Shown here: positions 62,746 to 64,000 of the stretch, piece by piece
How the letters are laid out: every line of letters begins with the position of its first letter
Numbering within the stretch: the stretch's first letter is position 1
Source of the DNA: an uncultured Planctomycetia bacterium
Lineage (GTDB): Bacteria; Omnitrophota; Gorgyraeia; CAYWPX01
Assembly (NCBI GenBank): GCA_964460615.1
Contig: CAYWPX010000003.1
Span: 155,028 to 219,027 of the forward strand
Reading direction: 5' to 3'
DNA: 64,000 nucleotides
The notes under the pieces: generated by a model
Database searches by the model: none
What the model saw: only the letters and a program-made list of their open reading frames with translations
Told to the model about the DNA's origin: nothing
Position numbers and translations under genes: made by a program

Positions 62746-64000
62746 TTATTTTGCAATTTTTGCCCTCCAAGCGATCCATCCATTGGTTGTATATGTTGAG
62801 GCATATAAATGACCCTTAAAGATACCAAGGCTTTCAGATATACCCCTATTAAACATTGTTGTCCAATTTACGCCATCAGGTGATGAATACATATAATTTC
62901 CATTATATGCTGTCAGATACATCCTACCCATATATACCTTTACATCGCAGACATACGGACTTGAATACATACCTGTAAAACAAAGGGACCATGTTACCCC
63001 ATCCTGGGATCTGTACGCTCTCGTAGCTCCAAACGACTCTGAAACAAACGCATAAATATAACCGCCAAATACCGCCATATGAGAAATATTGCGGATACTT
63101 GAATTGCCAAATCCACCGGATTCTACCATATTCCATGTTGTCCCGTTATCAGTCCTCCAGATCTGTCCGCCCGATGTCTTTCTCTCAAAGTACCCGTTAT
63201 TATATGTCCCGACGTAGAGCCTCTCTTTGAATACCACCATTGAATCAACGCTCATATTTGCGTACTCTCTCTGGATACCGTTTACAGTATTGTTAGGGTC
63301 TTTTCCGAATGCCGCCGGCGCAACATTAAGCCAGCTTGCTTCATATAAGGACAGGATCTCAGCTTGCGTTAAAACGCGGTCATATATTATAAATTCGTCG
63401 AGACTGCCGTAAAATCCCTGTATGTTTGTAAGTACCGGTGTTGCAAGTGCAGTACCAATTACAAGAGAGTTAAGATTATTAAAGTTAGGTTTAGTTACTG
63501 TCGATGTCTCTCCGGCTTTTGTGCCATTTACATATAAGGTGGCTATACTAGTTGATCCGGTTGTATCATAAGTGTAAGTCACTAAAGACCACTTGCCGGT
63601 CTGGATATTAGAAGCGGTAATTTGGCTTCCGGTTACATTATTGTAGCATTTTAAGGAAGAGCCTGAACCGTTGTATTCCATTTTTATAAAGCCGGAGGTT
63701 CCTGTGAGATTGAATACAACAGATGTATCGCTTGCCTGAGATCCGCTTGGCGCCAGCCACATCGATATACTACCCTTATCTTCCCTGTAGTCGCCGGTAC
63801 AGGCGATATTGGTATACTTTGGATAAGAGGAATTATTATAATAGGAGCTATTCTGGAAACTGAAGCCACCGTTATACATACCTATTACACAGAAACCGTT
63901 CTGATGATTATGAACGACACCGTTATAATTATTACCGGAGTAATCATTTGCGTCGCTATTCAAAGGATAATACGCTACCATATTTACATTTGTAATATTG
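62746..64000 (-). CDS. LamG (concanavalin-A-like) plus BNR/Asp-box beta-propeller protein, C-terminal part. The frame stays open to the window end, so the true start lies beyond 64000.
   Basis: ORF track gives 411 aa from the first ATG at 63979-63981; the upstream codons NITNVN are still open. The N-terminal part, AYYPLNSDANDYSGNNYNGVV...WSLVTYTYD...LYVNG, follows a LamG pattern. The C-terminal part has repeated SxDxGxTW motifs (WRTDNGTTW, SQDGVTWS, SPDGVNWT). Stop TAA at 62746-62748. Confidence 0.75.
   Translation of the reverse strand, partial: NITNVNMVAYYPLNSDANDYSGNNYNGVVHNHQNGFCVIGMYNGGFSFQNSSYYNNSSYPKYTNIACTGDYREDKGSISMWLAPSGSQASDTSVVFNLTGTSGFIKMEYNGSGSSLKCYNNVTGSQITASNIQTGKWSLVTYTYDTTGSTSIATLYVNGTKAGETSTVTKPNFNNLNSLVIGTALATPVLTNIQGFYGSLDEFIIYDRVLTQAEILSLYEASWLNVAPAAFGKDPNNTVNGIQREYANMSVDSMVVFKERLYVGTYNNGYFERKTSGGQIWRTDNGTTWNMVESGGFGNSSIRNISHMAVFGGYIYAFVSESFGATRAYRSQDGVTWSLCFTGMYSSPYVCDVKVYMGRMYLTAYNGNYMYSSPDGVNWTTMFNRGISESLGIFKGHLYASTYTTNGWIAWRAKIAK
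62749..63330 (-). repeat. BNR/Asp-box repeats (beta-propeller blades) of the upstream partial gene
   Basis: WRTDNGTTW, RSQDGVTWS, SSPDGVNWT spaced by about 50-60 aa. Confidence 0.55.
63340..63981 (-). other. LamG-like domain of the upstream partial gene
   Basis: AYYPLNSDANDYSGNNYNGVVHNHQNGF…SISMWLAP…WSLVTYTYD…LYVNGTKAGE…LDEFIIYDRVLT closely parallels LamG 1 of the giant protein (AFYKFDGNANDMTGNNYNGTIYGSP…IDEVRIYNKALT). Confidence 0.55.

Noticed and set aside
1-64000. Alternative genetic code (stop reassignment) as an explanation for the huge ORF
   Set aside because: TAA, TGA and TAG are all absent from the frame except the one TAG, and the upstream gene ends with a normal TAA at 62746. A reassignment would still leave the other stops. 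The openness therefore reflects genuine coding.
1-64000. Transposases, integrases or other mobile-element hallmarks
   Set aside because: No transposase, integrase or IS terminal inverted repeat signatures were seen in either strand's translations.

Overview
The window is dominated by one giant reading frame on the minus strand. It starts at the ATG at 62457-62459 and runs downstream to position 1 and off the window. The first 6,730 codons (42267..62459) end at a single in-frame TAG (42267-42269) that sits inside a YD-repeat block. I hand-translated the 42,266 nt that follow (14,088 codons). They carry on in the same frame without any further stop, so the window holds at least 20,800 sense codons (over 62 kb) of one frame. 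The provided ORF track supports this: no minus-strand ORF in the two other frames appears across 1..42266 except five short frame-2 fragments. Every + strand ORF is a short antisense shadow.

The N-terminal third looks like an extracellular adhesin or toxin: a signal-anchor TM, thrombospondin-type-3-like Ca-binding repeats, an FKBP PPIase domain, a papain-like peptidase motif, a pectate-lyase-like beta-helix, three LamG domains, a novel 95-aa tandem repeat (five copies), and kilobases of YD/RHS repeats. After the TAG the frame continues through YD repeats and three discoidin-like domains, then a TM cluster and a coiled coil. Next come a glycine-rich tape-measure-like core and a long N/S/T-rich helical tract. 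The following block is a recognisable SecA-like DEAD motor ATPase (Walker A, DEAD, GMTGTA-like, motifs V and VI). Further downstream are HExxH motifs, two aminoglycoside-phosphotransferase-like kinase folds, and a multi-TM GT2 processive glycosyltransferase (cellulose- or chitin-synthase-like, with a QxxRW-like motif). These are followed by a PI3K/PI4K-like kinase core (HIDFG), a PHP phosphoesterase domain, an alpha/alpha-toroid-like domain and an internal signal-peptide-like segment. The frame ends in a C-terminal array of at least 12 Ig/FN3-like modules with nucleotide-level tandem repeats.

A second, partial minus-strand gene (62746..64000, LamG plus BNR/Asp-box propeller) lies upstream. 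A 286-bp AT-rich promoter region separates it from the giant gene. No rRNA, tRNA, CRISPR or transposase was seen. The DNA is AT-rich, and the architecture recalls the giant genes reported from Omnitrophota-like bacteria, but that attribution is only an inference.

All domain calls come from my own hand translation and motif recognition, with no database search. Domain coordinates are approximate (about 30-60 nt either way).
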